Part shown: piece after piece, positions 20,051 to 29,439 of the stretch
How positions within the stretch are numbered: position 1 is the stretch's first letter
Layout of the letters: every line of letters begins with the position of its first letter
Virus record (IMG/VR): IMGVR_UViG_3300042991_000725
Location: 59,632-123,631 of that record
Reading direction: 5' to 3' (one strand)
Length of the DNA: 64,000 bases
From: a virus
Lineage: Duplodnaviria; Heunggongvirae; Uroviricota; Caudoviricetes
Notes under the pieces: generated by a model
Told to the model about the DNA's origin: nothing
The model's database searches: none
The model's input: only the letters and a program-made list of their open reading frames with translations
Program-made: the position numbers and the translations under genes

Positions 20051-20443
20051 TTATTTTTGGTTTTTAAGGAGGGTAAACAATGCAGTATCGCGAACTTTTT
20101 CATACACATCTTGAGCAGAACCGCAAACTTTGGCATACTCTGTCCAAGCGGCATACCCCGCCCAAGTAGAATCACAAACCTTGCAATACTCTACCCAAGC
20201 AGCATTATAAACTTTTTCATGTACCTCCCAAGCAGAATCGCGAATTTTGGTATACTTTGCCAAATTTCTCGGACTCAAAAATTTCGCGCAAAACAATACA
20301 TCCAACTCCACGCCCTTCGCCTTTTCCCAATTGCCCCTTGTTATTTTTGCACCATCTGGGAACATCTTCCTGAACAAAGAGGTTTGTTTTCTACAGGCTT
20401 TTCCCGCCTTCAGCATTTCGGCGGTGATCTTCGTTATTTTCAC
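20051..20443 (-). CDS. tandem-family paralog 7 (AWAEY 11-residue-repeat protein)
   Basis: GTG start (VKITKITAEML) set by the invariant 25-nt spacer and AAGGG SD; same architecture as the other six copies. Confidence 0.55.
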   Translation of the reverse strand: MKITKITAEMLKAGKACRKQTSLFRKMFPDGAKITRGNWEKAKGVELDVLFCAKFLSPRNLAKYTKIRDSAWEVHEKVYNAAWVEYCKVCDSTWAGYAAWTEYAKVCGSAQDVYEKVRDTALFTLLKNQK

Positions 20444-20468
20444 CGGAATTCCCTTTCGATGTAAAAGA

Positions 20469-20843
20469 TTATTCTTGGTTTTCGAGAAGGATAAACAATG
20501 CGGAATCGCAAACTTTTTCATACTCTGTCCAAGTAGAACCGAGAGCTTTGGTATAATCTGCCCAAGCAGAACCGCAAATTCCGGCATACTCTACCCAAAC
20601 AGAATCGCGAATTTTGTTATACTCTTCCCAAGCAGAATTGCGAATTTTAATATACTCTGCCAACTTTCCCGGACTCAAAAATTTCACGCAAAATGAAATA
20701 TTCAAGCCCGCGCCCTTTGCCTTCTCCCAATTGGCCCTTGTGATTTTTGCGCCATTCGGGAAAATCTTTTTGAACAAAGCGGCTTGCTGTCCAGAGATTT
20801 TTCCCGCTTCCAGCATTTCGGCGGTGATCTTCGTTATTTCCAC
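20469..20843 (-). CDS. tandem-family paralog 6
   Basis: MEITKITAEMLEAGK...ALFILLENQE; 124 aa. Confidence 0.6.
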   Translation of the reverse strand: MEITKITAEMLEAGKISGQQAALFKKIFPNGAKITRANWEKAKGAGLNISFCVKFLSPGKLAEYIKIRNSAWEEYNKIRDSVWVEYAGICGSAWADYTKALGSTWTEYEKVCDSALFILLENQE

Positions 20844-20868
20844 TGAAGTCCCCTTTCAATGTAAAAGA

Positions 20869-21177
20869 TTATTCTTGGCTTTCAAGAAGAGTAAATAAGG
20901 CAGAAACGCAAACTTTTTCATATTCTGTCCAAGTAGAACCGAGAGCTTTGGTATAATCCGCCCAAGCAGAATCGCGAATTTTGTTATACTCTGCCAACTT
21001 TTCCGGGCTCAAAAATTTCACACAAAAAAAGACACTCAAGCCCGCGCCCTTTGCCTTCTCCCAATTGGCCCTTGTGATTTTTGCGCCATCTGGGAAAATC
21101 TCTTTGAATAAAGTAGCTTGCTGTCCACAGACTTTTTCAGCTTCCAGCATTTCGGCGGTGATCTTCGTTATTTTCAT
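20869..21177 (-). CDS. tandem-family paralog 5
   Basis: Internal ATG start (MKITKITAEMLEAEK) 25 nt after the upstream stop; 102 aa, shortest copy with two repeats. Confidence 0.55.
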   Translation of the reverse strand: MKITKITAEMLEAEKVCGQQATLFKEIFPDGAKITRANWEKAKGAGLSVFFCVKFLSPEKLAEYNKIRDSAWADYTKALGSTWTEYEKVCVSALFTLLESQE

Positions 21178-21202
21178 GAGAGTTCCCTTTCGATGTAAAA
21201 GA

Positions 21203-21676
21203 TTATTCTTGGCTTTCGAGGAGGGCAAATAAGGCAGAAACGCAAACTTTTTCATACTCTGTCCAAGTAGAATTCCAAACTTTGTCGTACTTTGCCCTGG
21301 CAGGACCGCAAATATTGTTGTACTCTACCCAAGCAGGGTTGTTACCTTTGTTATACTCTGGCAAATTAAAACCGCAAACTTTGGCATACTCTGCCCAAGC
21401 AAGACAGAGGATTTTATCATACTTTATCCGGGCAAGTTCGCAAACTTCGTCATACTCTGCCCAAGCAGAATCGCGAATTTTGGAAAACTCTGCCAACTTT
21501 TTCGGGCTCAAAAATTTCACACAAAACCAGACATCCAACTCCACGCCCTTTGCCTCTTCCCAATTGCCCCTTGTAAGTTTTGCGCCATCTGGGAAAATCT
21601 TTTTGAATAAAGCAACTTGCTGTCCACAGGCATTTTCCGCTTCCAGCATTTCGGCGGTGATCTTCGTTATTTTCAC
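21203..21676 (-). CDS. tandem-family paralog 4
   Basis: GTG start VKITKITAEML; 157 aa with ~7 repeats. The ORF-track extension to 21928 is an out-of-frame read through the upstream paralog. Confidence 0.55.
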   Translation of the reverse strand: MKITKITAEMLEAENACGQQVALFKKIFPDGAKLTRGNWEEAKGVELDVWFCVKFLSPKKLAEFSKIRDSAWAEYDEVCELARIKYDKILCLAWAEYAKVCGFNLPEYNKGNNPAWVEYNNICGPARAKYDKVWNSTWTEYEKVCVSALFALLESQE

Positions 21677-21701
21677 GGGAGTCACCTTCCAATGTAAAAG
21701 A

Positions 21702-22109
21702 TCATTCTTGGTTTTTGAGAAGATCAAACAAGGCAGAAACGCAAACTTTTTCATAATCTGCCCAAGTAGAATCGAGGACTTTGATATAATCTTCCAAAGT
21801 AGGATAGCGAATTTTTCCATACTCCGCCCAAGCAGTTCTGTCAACTTTGTTGTACTCTGCCATAGCAGAATCGCAAATTTTGGAATACTTTGCCCAAGCA
21901 GGACCGAGGACTTTGTTATATTCTGCAAAATTCTCCGGACTCAAAAATTTCACGCAAAACAAGACATCCAAGTCCGCCTTCTTTGCCTTCTCCCAATTGG
22001 CCCTTGTGAATTTTATGCCATTCGGGAAAATCTCTTTGAACAAAGCGGTTTGCTGTCCACAGGCTTTTTCCGCTTCCAGCATTTCAACGGTGATCTTTGT
22101 TACTTTCAT
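21702..22109 (-). CDS. tandem-family paralog 3
   Basis: MKVTKITVEMLEAEK...ALFDLLKNQE; 135 aa. Confidence 0.6.
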   Translation of the reverse strand: MKVTKITVEMLEAEKACGQQTALFKEIFPNGIKFTRANWEKAKKADLDVLFCVKFLSPENFAEYNKVLGPAWAKYSKICDSAMAEYNKVDRTAWAEYGKIRYPTLEDYIKVLDSTWADYEKVCVSALFDLLKNQE

Positions 22110-22134
22110 GAGAGTCCCCTTTTAATGTAAAAGA

Positions 22135-22509
22135 TCATTCTTGGTTTTTGAGAAGATCAAACAATGCAATATCGCGGACTTTCCCATACACATCTCGAGC
22201 AGAACCGAGAGTTTTGATATATTCTGTCCAAGCAGGGCCGCAAGCTTTGGAATACTTTGCCCAAGCAAGTTCGCGGATTTTGTTATGTTCTGTCCGAGCA
22301 GAATCGCGAACTTTGATATAATCTGCCAAATTCTCCGGGCTCAAAAATTCCACGCAAAACAAGATATCCAACTCCGCATTCTTTGCCTTCTTCCAATTGG
22401 CCTTTGTGAATTTTGCGCCATCTGGGAAAAGTTCTTTGAACAAAGCGACTTGCTCCTTACAGGCTTTTCCCGTCTTCAGCATTTTGGCGGTGATCTTTGT
22501 TACTTTCAT
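22135..22509 (-). CDS. tandem-family paralog 2
   Basis: MKVTKITAKMLKTGK...ALFDLLKNQE; 124 aa. Confidence 0.6.
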   Translation of the reverse strand: MKVTKITAKMLKTGKACKEQVALFKELFPDGAKFTKANWKKAKNAELDILFCVEFLSPENLADYIKVRDSARTEHNKIRELAWAKYSKACGPAWTEYIKTLGSARDVYGKVRDIALFDLLKNQE

Positions 22510-22534
22510 TTAAATTCCCTTTCAGTGTAAAAGA

Positions 22535-23014
22535 TTATTTTTGGTTTTCGAGGAGGGCAAACAAGGCAGAATCGCGAACTTTTTCATACTCTGTCTGAGC
22601 AGAATCGCGAACTTTGATCTGCTCTGCCCAAGTAGCTCTGCAAATTTTGTCGTACTTTCTGAAACGACTCTCTGACGAATAAGGGATTGAAACGTACTCC
22701 GCCCAAGTAGCTCTGGAAATTTTGTTGCGCTTTATCCGAGCAAGTTCACAGATTTTGGCAACCTCCCAAGCAGAATCACAAATTTTAGTACATTCCGCCC
22801 AAGCAGAGCCGTCGATTTTGTTATATTTTGCCAAATTCTCCGGGCTCAAAAATTTCATGCAAAATAAGACATCTAAGCCTGCCCTTTTCGCTTTCTCCCA
22901 ATTATCCCTTGTGAATTTTGCACCATCTGGAAACATCTTCCTGAACAAAGCGGTTTGTTTTTTACAGGCTTTTCCCGCCTTTAACATTTTAATAGTGATC
23001 TTTGTCATTTTCAT
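22535..23014 (-). CDS. tandem-family paralog 1
   Basis: MKMTKITIKMLKAGK...ALFALLENQK; 159 aa. Confidence 0.6.
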   Translation of the reverse strand: MKMTKITIKMLKAGKACKKQTALFRKMFPDGAKFTRDNWEKAKRAGLDVLFCMKFLSPENLAKYNKIDGSAWAECTKICDSAWEVAKICELARIKRNKISRATWAEYVSIPYSSESRFRKYDKICRATWAEQIKVRDSAQTEYEKVRDSALFALLENQK

Positions 23015-23026
23015 TTAAATTCCCTT

Positions 23027-23347
23027 TTAATAAGGATAAGATTTTGATTTAATCCGACCTGTATAACCAAGGCGGATTGGATAATATTTCTTTGGAGAGG
23101 TTTCGGCGTGTCTTGTAAATGGCGAATAAGACCACCCGTTAATCCAGGCGGATCGGTTCCAGAAAACAAGGATAGAGCGAAAACTTCTCTCGTTCCGTGC
23201 CCATAACCCATCTTTATAAAAGAACTTGCCTTCTTTGTAAACTGAATATTCAAATTTCTTGGTATTCGGCATCTTGGACCTAAAAAACTCTGTGCTTATT
23301 TTGTTGTCCATAATGATGAAACCTCGTCGAAAATTGATAGTTGGCAT
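23027..23347 (-). CDS. hypothetical protein
   Basis: 106-aa ORF ending 12 nt upstream of paralog 1. Confidence 0.35.
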   Translation of the reverse strand: MPTINFRRGFIIMDNKISTEFFRSKMPNTKKFEYSVYKEGKFFYKDGLWARNERSFRSILVFWNRSAWINGWSYSPFTRHAETSPKKYYPIRLGYTGRIKSKSYPY

Positions 23348-23699
23348 TCTGGGAGTATCTTGCTACCACCCACTTTTTTCATTCATTTTTTGGGCCGAAT
23401 CCGCCATTATTTACCATCAACAGGGGGGAGGCAAACAATGGTCCATTGAGACGGAAGAATCTCGGATTATATCGTAACCCGTTTGGTGTCAACAGGCTAT
23501 GTTTGTTCGGTGGACGTTACTTGCAGACATTTTTGATAGGTATTTCCCTTTTCTAATACCTTAAAAGATGAGATAAGATAATGAGGACGATGTTGAAGCC
23601 TCGATGAGACGGGAAAAAGGGGGGGAAAAATCGTTTTCATCGTAGTTAATATACAATAATGTATACTAACTGCAACGGTTTTGATTCCCCCAATGAAAA

Positions 23700-23945
23700 A
23701 TTTGTGAATGAACACTCACTAATCCCCTCTTTTTGCCATTAAAAAGCCGTCTGTATGCCTGGACGTGCTCCCATTCTCTCTTTTGTAGCGCGCTGTCATA
23801 CAACCAATATCGCAAGCAGATTCCGCCAATTTCTTTATTTTCTGTGCCGTCCAGCCCCCAAAATGATAGAATCATCCTTGTATTCCTTTGTTTTAGGCAT
23901 GGTAGCCATTTGTTTGTCTCAACCCCTAAAAATGATTTTTGACTT
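23700..23945 (-). pseudogene. degraded (frameshifted/truncated) paralog of gene 7431..7658
   Basis: Reverse complement reads MATMPKTKEYKDDSII... (cf. MTTTPETKKYNNDSIH...) then stops after 25 codons; similarity resumes in another frame (DGTENKEIGGICLRYWLY vs DWTTQKIKKIAQSTHSAIY). The upstream ~50 nt is also conserved with 7650-7700. Confidence 0.4.
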
Positions 23946-24332
23946 CTTCTTTTTGGCCAATTCAACGAATTCGATGAGGCCGTTATACCAATTGACGTAA
24001 AATTCATGATTCTTCTTCCCCAGCTTTTCCCCTCTTGGCCCAAAAGACCTGTCTATCCCATCTACTTTTCCCTTTGCCTTCAAAACATATGACATAAATG
24101 TATCAAGACCAGAAACTTTCAAGTTGCCCTCAGTATTAAAACAATCTTTATTTGTTTCCCGAAACCCCCACCACGAATATTCGTAGCCAGTATTGCGAGT
24201 CAGCCAAGCGAACAAACCTCCCTCGTTATAACAATCGCGGAAATACCCAAGATTACGCGCCTTGTCTGGAACTCCGAATCCAGTATACTGTGCGTCTTCA
24301 TCCATTTTCTCGATATACAAATCAGCGCCCAT
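23919..24332 (-). CDS. hypothetical protein
   Basis: 137-aa ORF. Confidence 0.4.
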   Translation of the reverse strand: MGADLYIEKMDEDAQYTGFGVPDKARNLGYFRDCYNEGGLFAWLTRNTGYEYSWWGFRETNKDCFNTEGNLKVSGLDTFMSYVLKAKGKVDGIDRSFGPRGEKLGKKNHEFYVNWYNGLIEFVELAKKKKSKIIFRG

Positions 24333-24441
24333 GGCTCCGCCCTCTCAAAAAATAATTGAATTAAAAGCTTTTCGCGTGATTGGCCGAACAAACAGAATGA
24401 ATTTCCAGATTCTCACAGACCTTAATTCCTCTTTTATGCTA

Positions 24442-24702
24442 TCAAAAAGCCATTTGTGTCGGGGGGCGTGCCTGCATAATCGCCACGAAATTCTCATGTC
24501 TGCAATCATCGCAGGAAAGGAACTCACTTTCTTCCATTTCTCTCCCACAAGTTTCGCATACTTGCACGGGAAGAGAACTCATTATTCTTTCTGTCAAATT
24601 GATCCCTGCTTCCTTGAACATGATAAGGGAAGAAATTATCCCCTCGTTATCCGTGATCCCGGCCATATCATCAATCAATTCATCGTTTTGGATGGTCTTC
24701 AT
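24442..24702 (-). CDS. zinc-ribbon protein
   Basis: 86 aa; CETCG...CDDC. Confidence 0.35.
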   Translation of the reverse strand: MKTIQNDELIDDMAGITDNEGIISSLIMFKEAGINLTERIMSSLPVQVCETCGREMEESEFLSCDDCRHENFVAIMQARPPTQMAF

Positions 24703-25010
24703 CGGTTTTTCTCCAAAAAAACATCAAAAGGTTTTAGCGTTCTTTCTTTCCCAATAATAAACGTTCATTCGGCGTATCTTAAACATCCTATGCCGTTGCT
24801 TATTTTACATTTATTTAATATATTAAACAATACCCCGCGCTTTTTGGCATATTTGTTTAATATAGTAAACAAAAACGGCATGACATTAACGGTCGGCCCT
24901 TGAAAGGGGATAAGGGAAGGGATTGCCTTCGGCTTGTGGACCGCTAGGACAATCCGTTCCGTTATGCTCTCTCTGAAATGCCTCCCTGACGGCTAGGGGA
25001 TTGAAACGTG

Positions 25011-25442
25011 TTATTCGCCCTGTTCTGCACACGATGAGCCAACGCCTTTGAAATATCTCTCTGGCGGATAAGGGACTTCGTATCCGGTACAGTCCCAGCC
25101 TAACTTTCTCCAAGCATTGTTTTCCACAATTGTCTCCGCCTGGACGACCGCTTTTTTGATGCGATCCACATCCCCCGGTTGAGCGGAGCAACAGACCGCG
25201 ATTTCCCCGCTCGGATGGATATGAAACGACACCTTTTTTCCATCAACTCCGGACGAAGACATCCAAAGGTAGAACTCGGTCGCGACCTCCGCGATCTTTC
25301 GCAACTCCGCCAGCTTCTTCAAATCACCTTCTGTATCCACTTCTGAAAATCTGTCAACATAAATCTCTACAGAAGGACTTTCCCCACACCATTGTGCTAA
25401 AGTGCAAATCTCCCCTGCCTTATTCTTCAAATTTACTATCAT
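25011..25442 (-). CDS. hypothetical protein (tandem paralog A)
   Basis: 143 aa; GGAGG SD; paralogous to 25542..25922 (NKAG.ICTLAQWCGE.PS.EI...GIAVCCSAQPG..DRIKKAV.QAE.IV.NN.WR). Confidence 0.45.
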   Translation of the reverse strand: MIVNLKNKAGEICTLAQWCGESPSVEIYVDRFSEVDTEGDLKKLAELRKIAEVATEFYLWMSSSGVDGKKVSFHIHPSGEIAVCCSAQPGDVDRIKKAVVQAETIVENNAWRKLGWDCTGYEVPYPPERYFKGVGSSCAEQGE

Positions 25443-25541
25443 TGTAATCCTCCTTAAAAAGATGAATAAAGAATTGAAACATCCGGGAAAAGCTCTTTAA
25501 ACAAAGCGGCTTGCTCCTTCTCTGAAACACCTCCCTGACGG

Positions 25542-25922
25542 CTAAAGGGTCGGAACTTCGTATTCGGTAGAATCCCAACACCAAGCCCTCCAAACATTGT
25601 TTTTCACAATTGCCTCCGCCTGAATGACCGCTTTTTTGATGCGATCCTTCTCTCCCGGTTGAGCGGAGCAACAGACCGCGATTCCCCCACTTGAATGGAT
25701 GCTCAATTTCACCTTTTTTTCGTCGACTCCGCACGAAGTTTCCCACAATTCGAAACCGATGGCTATTTGTGCGATCTTTTGCAACTCTGCCAACTTTATC
25801 ATGTCTTCTATCGGATTTGTTTCCGAAAATCTGGCTGCGTTAATCTCGATAGAAGGTCTTTCTCCACACCATTGTGCTAAAGTGCAAATCCTTCCTGCCT
25901 TATTCCTCAAAGTCACCATCAT
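25542..25922 (-). CDS. hypothetical protein (tandem paralog B)
   Basis: Start at internal ATGATG (25922) with GGAGG SD; ~126 aa; tandem ~530-bp duplication including downstream sequence. Confidence 0.45.
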   Translation of the reverse strand: MMVTLRNKAGRICTLAQWCGERPSIEINAARFSETNPIEDMIKLAELQKIAQIAIGFELWETSCGVDEKKVKLSIHSSGGIAVCCSAQPGEKDRIKKAVIQAEAIVKNNVWRAWCWDSTEYEVPTL

Positions 25923-26244
25923 CGCGTTCCTCCTTAAAGTCCGGTTTGTCCATGCCGACTTCTTCCCATGTCTGGGGGGAGCTTGATTCACAAAGGAAAG
26001 CGTAATCCTCTCCCTCCTTGTCGTAGCCATTATATCGGCAACAGACTTCTACATAGTTCCCGAAGTCATGGGGAAAAGTCTTCATGCAAAGTTTCGCCGT
26101 TCCGACTTCCGGCCCTAACTTCTTCCGGATTGCTTTAATAAATGCCCTACATTCAATTCTCGACTTCCGCACATAGTCTTCTTCTCCTACTTGCACACAA
26201 TCTTCCCCGTATGGGGCTGAACCAATATTTACAAAATCCATCAT
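25900..26244 (-). CDS. hypothetical acidic protein
   Basis: 114-aa ORF. Confidence 0.35.
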   Translation of the reverse strand: MMDFVNIGSAPYGEDCVQVGEEDYVRKSRIECRAFIKAIRKKLGPEVGTAKLCMKTFPHDFGNYVEVCCRYNGYDKEGEDYAFLCESSSPQTWEEVGMDKPDFKEERDDGDFEE

Positions 26245-27344
26245 TGCGATTCTCCTTGAAAAATTGAAAATTCTTCACATTGTCTTGATAACTGAATCCT
26301 TGGGGATGTAAACAACTTCATTCCCCAGAATCCAGATTTCCAGCATTTCCGGGAACACGTTCGCGACCGTCCCGAAAATCTTTTGGCCATTCAACCAAAA
26401 CCAAATACTGTTACCCCGCGCCATAATGTGCCCTCTCTTAAAAAGTTGAAACACGGCTTTTTCTGTTTATACAACCGTCTATCCTTCAATGCTTTGCAAC
26501 TATTCTTTTTTTCTTTCAACAAAACGCATTCTCGCGAAGTACTTATATAAGATAAGTGAAAAAGGTTTTTTGTGGCTTCGCACATAGACTTTTGCATCGC
26601 AAAAGACGAAGACTATAAGAGAAGCAGTATTATTTTCTCAGAATAACCCGAATTCTCCAGCAAAGCTCATCCGTTGGATTCGCAGTCTTCTGGAGTGAAT
26701 TAAAGCAAAATAGACGGGTTATTGTTTCAAAAATGGGAAAACTGGCGGGATTTAGCCAATTCCCCCTATGAAAAATAATACTCCAGTTTATTATCTGCAT
26801 TTGTCGAATATCTTGATAACAACCGACAAAAGCAAAGTGCTTCGTGCCAGATTGAATATCCGTCTTTATTCTACCGTCTGTCATTTTCAGGCAGTAGGAG
26901 AAAGAAGATTGATTTTTAATTATCGGGGAATCAATCAAAAACCCCGCTTTAATGGCTATCCAGATCAAGCAAGCATAGGCAGATTTTTTCCCAAATTAGC
27001 CACGGATTCGGTTTTAACGGACATTCTTGCCCGGTCTTTTATGGCAGGCAAGCGGAATCCCATTAATAATCTGTCTACTTCATTATATAAGACAAGTTGT
27101 CCTCATATACATGGGAGTTGGCTTGCGCCCTTGCTCTCCCATATTTTGCCATTCTGGAAGCCCCCCTCGGATATGGCGGACCGGATAATAGATTGTTTTA
27201 CATATTTCTTCCTTTCCAAAAAACGTTTATGAAAAAACCCTTTTGCTTTCAGATGACCAGGGCGACCCCCCGATTCATCCGAAAACACAATTAAATCTGT
27301 CCGAATCCTTTTTTCCCTTTTTGGAGCGGATATTCGGGCTTAAC

Positions 27345-27668
27345 TCAAACAACAAGCCCATCGCATGCAACCGGATTCCCCTTGTCGTCACGGATCAAAT
27401 CCCCTGGGGAAACCAAATCGGTTCTATCCGGGCAAAAGTCTCTCACCATTCTTGGGACGATATAAATATTATTATGATATTTGTCTCGCTTTGGGAGATC
27501 CTCAACATCTCCGTATGTGTTATTGTTTATCGCGATTCCGTTAAAAACATCAATCGTTTGTGTCCTGACTTTTACCCTGGCAACCTTCCCGCTTTTCGGG
27601 AAAGTCACAAACTCCCCGTCTTGCCGCTTCACCACGATGTCGTGCGGGGTCAGATTAATGAAATTCAT
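27345..27668 (-). CDS. hypothetical protein
   Basis: 107-aa ORF. Confidence 0.4.
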   Translation of the reverse strand: MNFINLTPHDIVVKRQDGEFVTFPKSGKVARVKVRTQTIDVFNGIAINNNTYGDVEDLPKRDKYHNNIYIVPRMVRDFCPDRTDLVSPGDLIRDDKGNPVACDGLVV

Positions 27669-27818
27669 AGTGTTCCCCTTCCTATAAGATTTCTACTTGA
27701 AAGCGGATACCCGGAATGGGCGCCGCTATAATTAAAAACGGTCCGTCCGCATTTAAGCAGAACGGACCTTATCGAAATGCGGCCACACTAACCGATGGCC
27801 GCCTTCTACCTTCTCCTT

Positions 27819-27965
27819 TTAAATCTCCCCGTCAAACGTCAACGGGAAAAACTCGTCACAATCCGAACAATGGAACTCTTCCGGAAGCTCATCCTCCCCG
27901 GAAAAGTCCCAGGTCGTTGTCAATTGCTTTCCACAAAACGGGCAATCCGGGTTATCGTATTCCAT
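27819..27965 (-). CDS. small zinc-ribbon protein (48 aa)
   Basis: MEYDNPDCPFCGKQL...HCSDCDEFF; AAGGAAG SD; below the ORF-track cutoff. Confidence 0.35.
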   Translation of the reverse strand: MEYDNPDCPFCGKQLTTTWDFSGEDELPEEFHCSDCDEFFPLTFDGEI

Positions 27966-28127
27966 TGTTCTTCCTTTGACAAAGGTCGTTTTTATCCAAA
28001 ATACCCTGAAAAGACCCGGGATTCGGCGATTTTTTCCGAATCTTTCCAGGATACTTTGAATCTCTCTGGAATCCCCTATCTTCCCTCTTATAACCGGGAT
28101 AGGGCAAAACTTCTTTAATGGCCGGGA

Positions 28128-28502
28128 TCATTCCTTCATTCCGTCCATGATTTCTACATACTCGAAAGCCGTCATGCCTTTAACGGCTTTCGCATAATCC
28201 CCGCAAATATCCGGGGAGAAATTAATCTTGTCTCCCATAACGGAAGAATGTCCCGCTTTACAATAAAGACAAGACCTTGTAGCCCCGGAGGCTGTTCTAT
28301 GCTCTTGAAAGAATGAATGGACACACTTTTTACAGCTTTTCATGGATTTCGCTTCGACTTCTTGTGTCGATTCGCGGAGGAGTTTGATCTCTGCTTCCTG
28401 CTCCGTCCCCTTCTCCGCTTCCCTTATTTTGGTTAATTCGGCAAGGCGTTTGATCAGTTCCAGGGGAATCAAATCCATGTCATTCCCTTTCGAAAATTGC
28501 AT
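28128..28502 (-). CDS. hypothetical protein
   Basis: 124 aa; lies in the GC-elevated island 27.7-29.7 kb. Confidence 0.4.
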   Translation of the reverse strand: MQFSKGNDMDLIPLELIKRLAELTKIREAEKGTEQEAEIKLLRESTQEVEAKSMKSCKKCVHSFFQEHRTASGATRSCLYCKAGHSSVMGDKINFSPDICGDYAKAVKGMTAFEYVEIMDGMKE

Positions 28503-28720
28503 CTTGCATTGTTATATTCTTCCGCTTCTTTCATATCCTTTTGATACTTAATCCAAACAACACAATCCGAACAATACTTTTCGCCCGCTTCGGGGCAATT
28601 CATGCAACGCCTTTCAAAAACTTTCAAGGCAATTGCATATCTTCTCATTTCCGTTTTCAATTCTCTGGTGAAATTCTTTTGGATATCCATTCTATTGCCT
28701 TTCCTGGAAAATAATGGCAT
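28469..28720 (-). CDS. zinc-ribbon protein
   Basis: 83 aa; CMNCPEAGEKYCSDC. Confidence 0.35.
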   Translation of the reverse strand: MPLFSRKGNRMDIQKNFTRELKTEMRRYAIALKVFERRCMNCPEAGEKYCSDCVVWIKYQKDMKEAEEYNNARCNFRKGMTWI

Positions 28721-28740
28721 TGTTGCAAAGACCTTGCCGA

Positions 28741-29049
28741 TTACAAAATAAATGCAAGGCGCTTCTTGTAAACTTCAAGCCGCCGTTCCAAATTCGCTTC
28801 TTCTTTGCGGATTTTCTCCGCGTAGAAGTCAATTCGTGCCGCCTTCCCCTCCGAAGATAGTTGCGCTTCGAGGGCGCTAATCTCCGCCTGGCATTGCTCC
28901 ATCTCTCTCCGGGAGTAGGCGGACACGGCCAAATCCGCCAAAAACTCCTTATGTCCTTTTTCTTCTCTTGCCAATTTCTTCGCACCTACTTCCCGCTCTA
29001 TGCCGACAATATCTATCGGCACGATCGCGCCAAAGCTTAAAATACCCAT
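28741..29049 (-). CDS. hypothetical protein (MGILSF-family paralog)
   Basis: Start at internal Met (MGILSFGAIVPIDIV...) matching the N-terminus of 29134..29436. Confidence 0.4.
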   Translation of the reverse strand: MGILSFGAIVPIDIVGIEREVGAKKLAREEKGHKEFLADLAVSAYSRREMEQCQAEISALEAQLSSEGKAARIDFYAEKIRKEEANLERRLEVYKKRLAFIL

Positions 29050-29133
29050 GAGACCCCCTTTCCGGTTAAGGTCATTAAACGACAACAAAAAAAGCCCCCT
29101 CCTGTATTAGCGAGGGGGGAAATTTTGGTGCTG

Positions 29134-29436
29134 TTAACTTTTCTTTTCGGCCGGGATCATGGCCGCAAGATACGCGGCGTATTCCTCGTCTAGCGAAGCG
29201 GCGGCAACCCCCGCGTTGGCGGCCGCCAATGTCGCGACAAGTGATATGGCCAAATTTTGGCAGGTGGGAAAATCGCCCTTCCCGTATGCCTCTCTGATGC
29301 GCTTCTCGACGCCAATCACGGCGTCACGATAGCTTTTCGCGGAGGCCAAGGCCCTTCCCGCCGTCCGCCGTGCAACCTCTTTATCCGACACGATGCCCGA
29401 TTCCACATTCACGCTGGCAAAACTCAGAATTCCCAT
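29134..29436 (-). CDS. hypothetical Ala-rich protein (MGILSF-family paralog)
   Basis: 100 aa; MGILSFASVNVESGIV... Confidence 0.4.
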   Translation of the reverse strand: MGILSFASVNVESGIVSDKEVARRTAGRALASAKSYRDAVIGVEKRIREAYGKGDFPTCQNLAISLVATLAAANAGVAAASLDEEYAAYLAAMIPAEKKS

Positions 29437-29439
29437 GAC

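Larger units (their letters stand above)
20051..23014 (-). repeat. ~400-bp tandem gene-duplication array (7 units) with intragenic 33-bp repeats
   Basis: Each unit is a gene plus an invariant 25-nt spacer. Within genes, 2-8 copies of an 11-codon repeat (consensus ~ DSAWAEYxKIx). Confidence 0.8.

Noticed and set aside
20048-23018. Tandem repeat array that could be mistaken for CRISPR, plus many plus-strand ORFs (20048..20464, 20247..20696, 20614..20898, 20981..21232, 21282..22130, 22141..22530, 22722..23018)
   Set aside because: Repeat unit is ~400 bp and protein-coding with conserved RBS spacers, not 25-40 bp repeats with unique spacers. The plus-strand ORFs are antisense shadows through the repeat-rich genes. 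The long minus ORF 21203..21928 is an out-of-frame extension into the upstream paralog.
26630-27232. ORFs 26630..26968 (-) and 26768..27232 (+)
   Set aside because: Mutually overlapping, no SD, in a ~1-kb stretch of low coding signal. One could be real but I cannot support either; the region may be decayed or non-coding.
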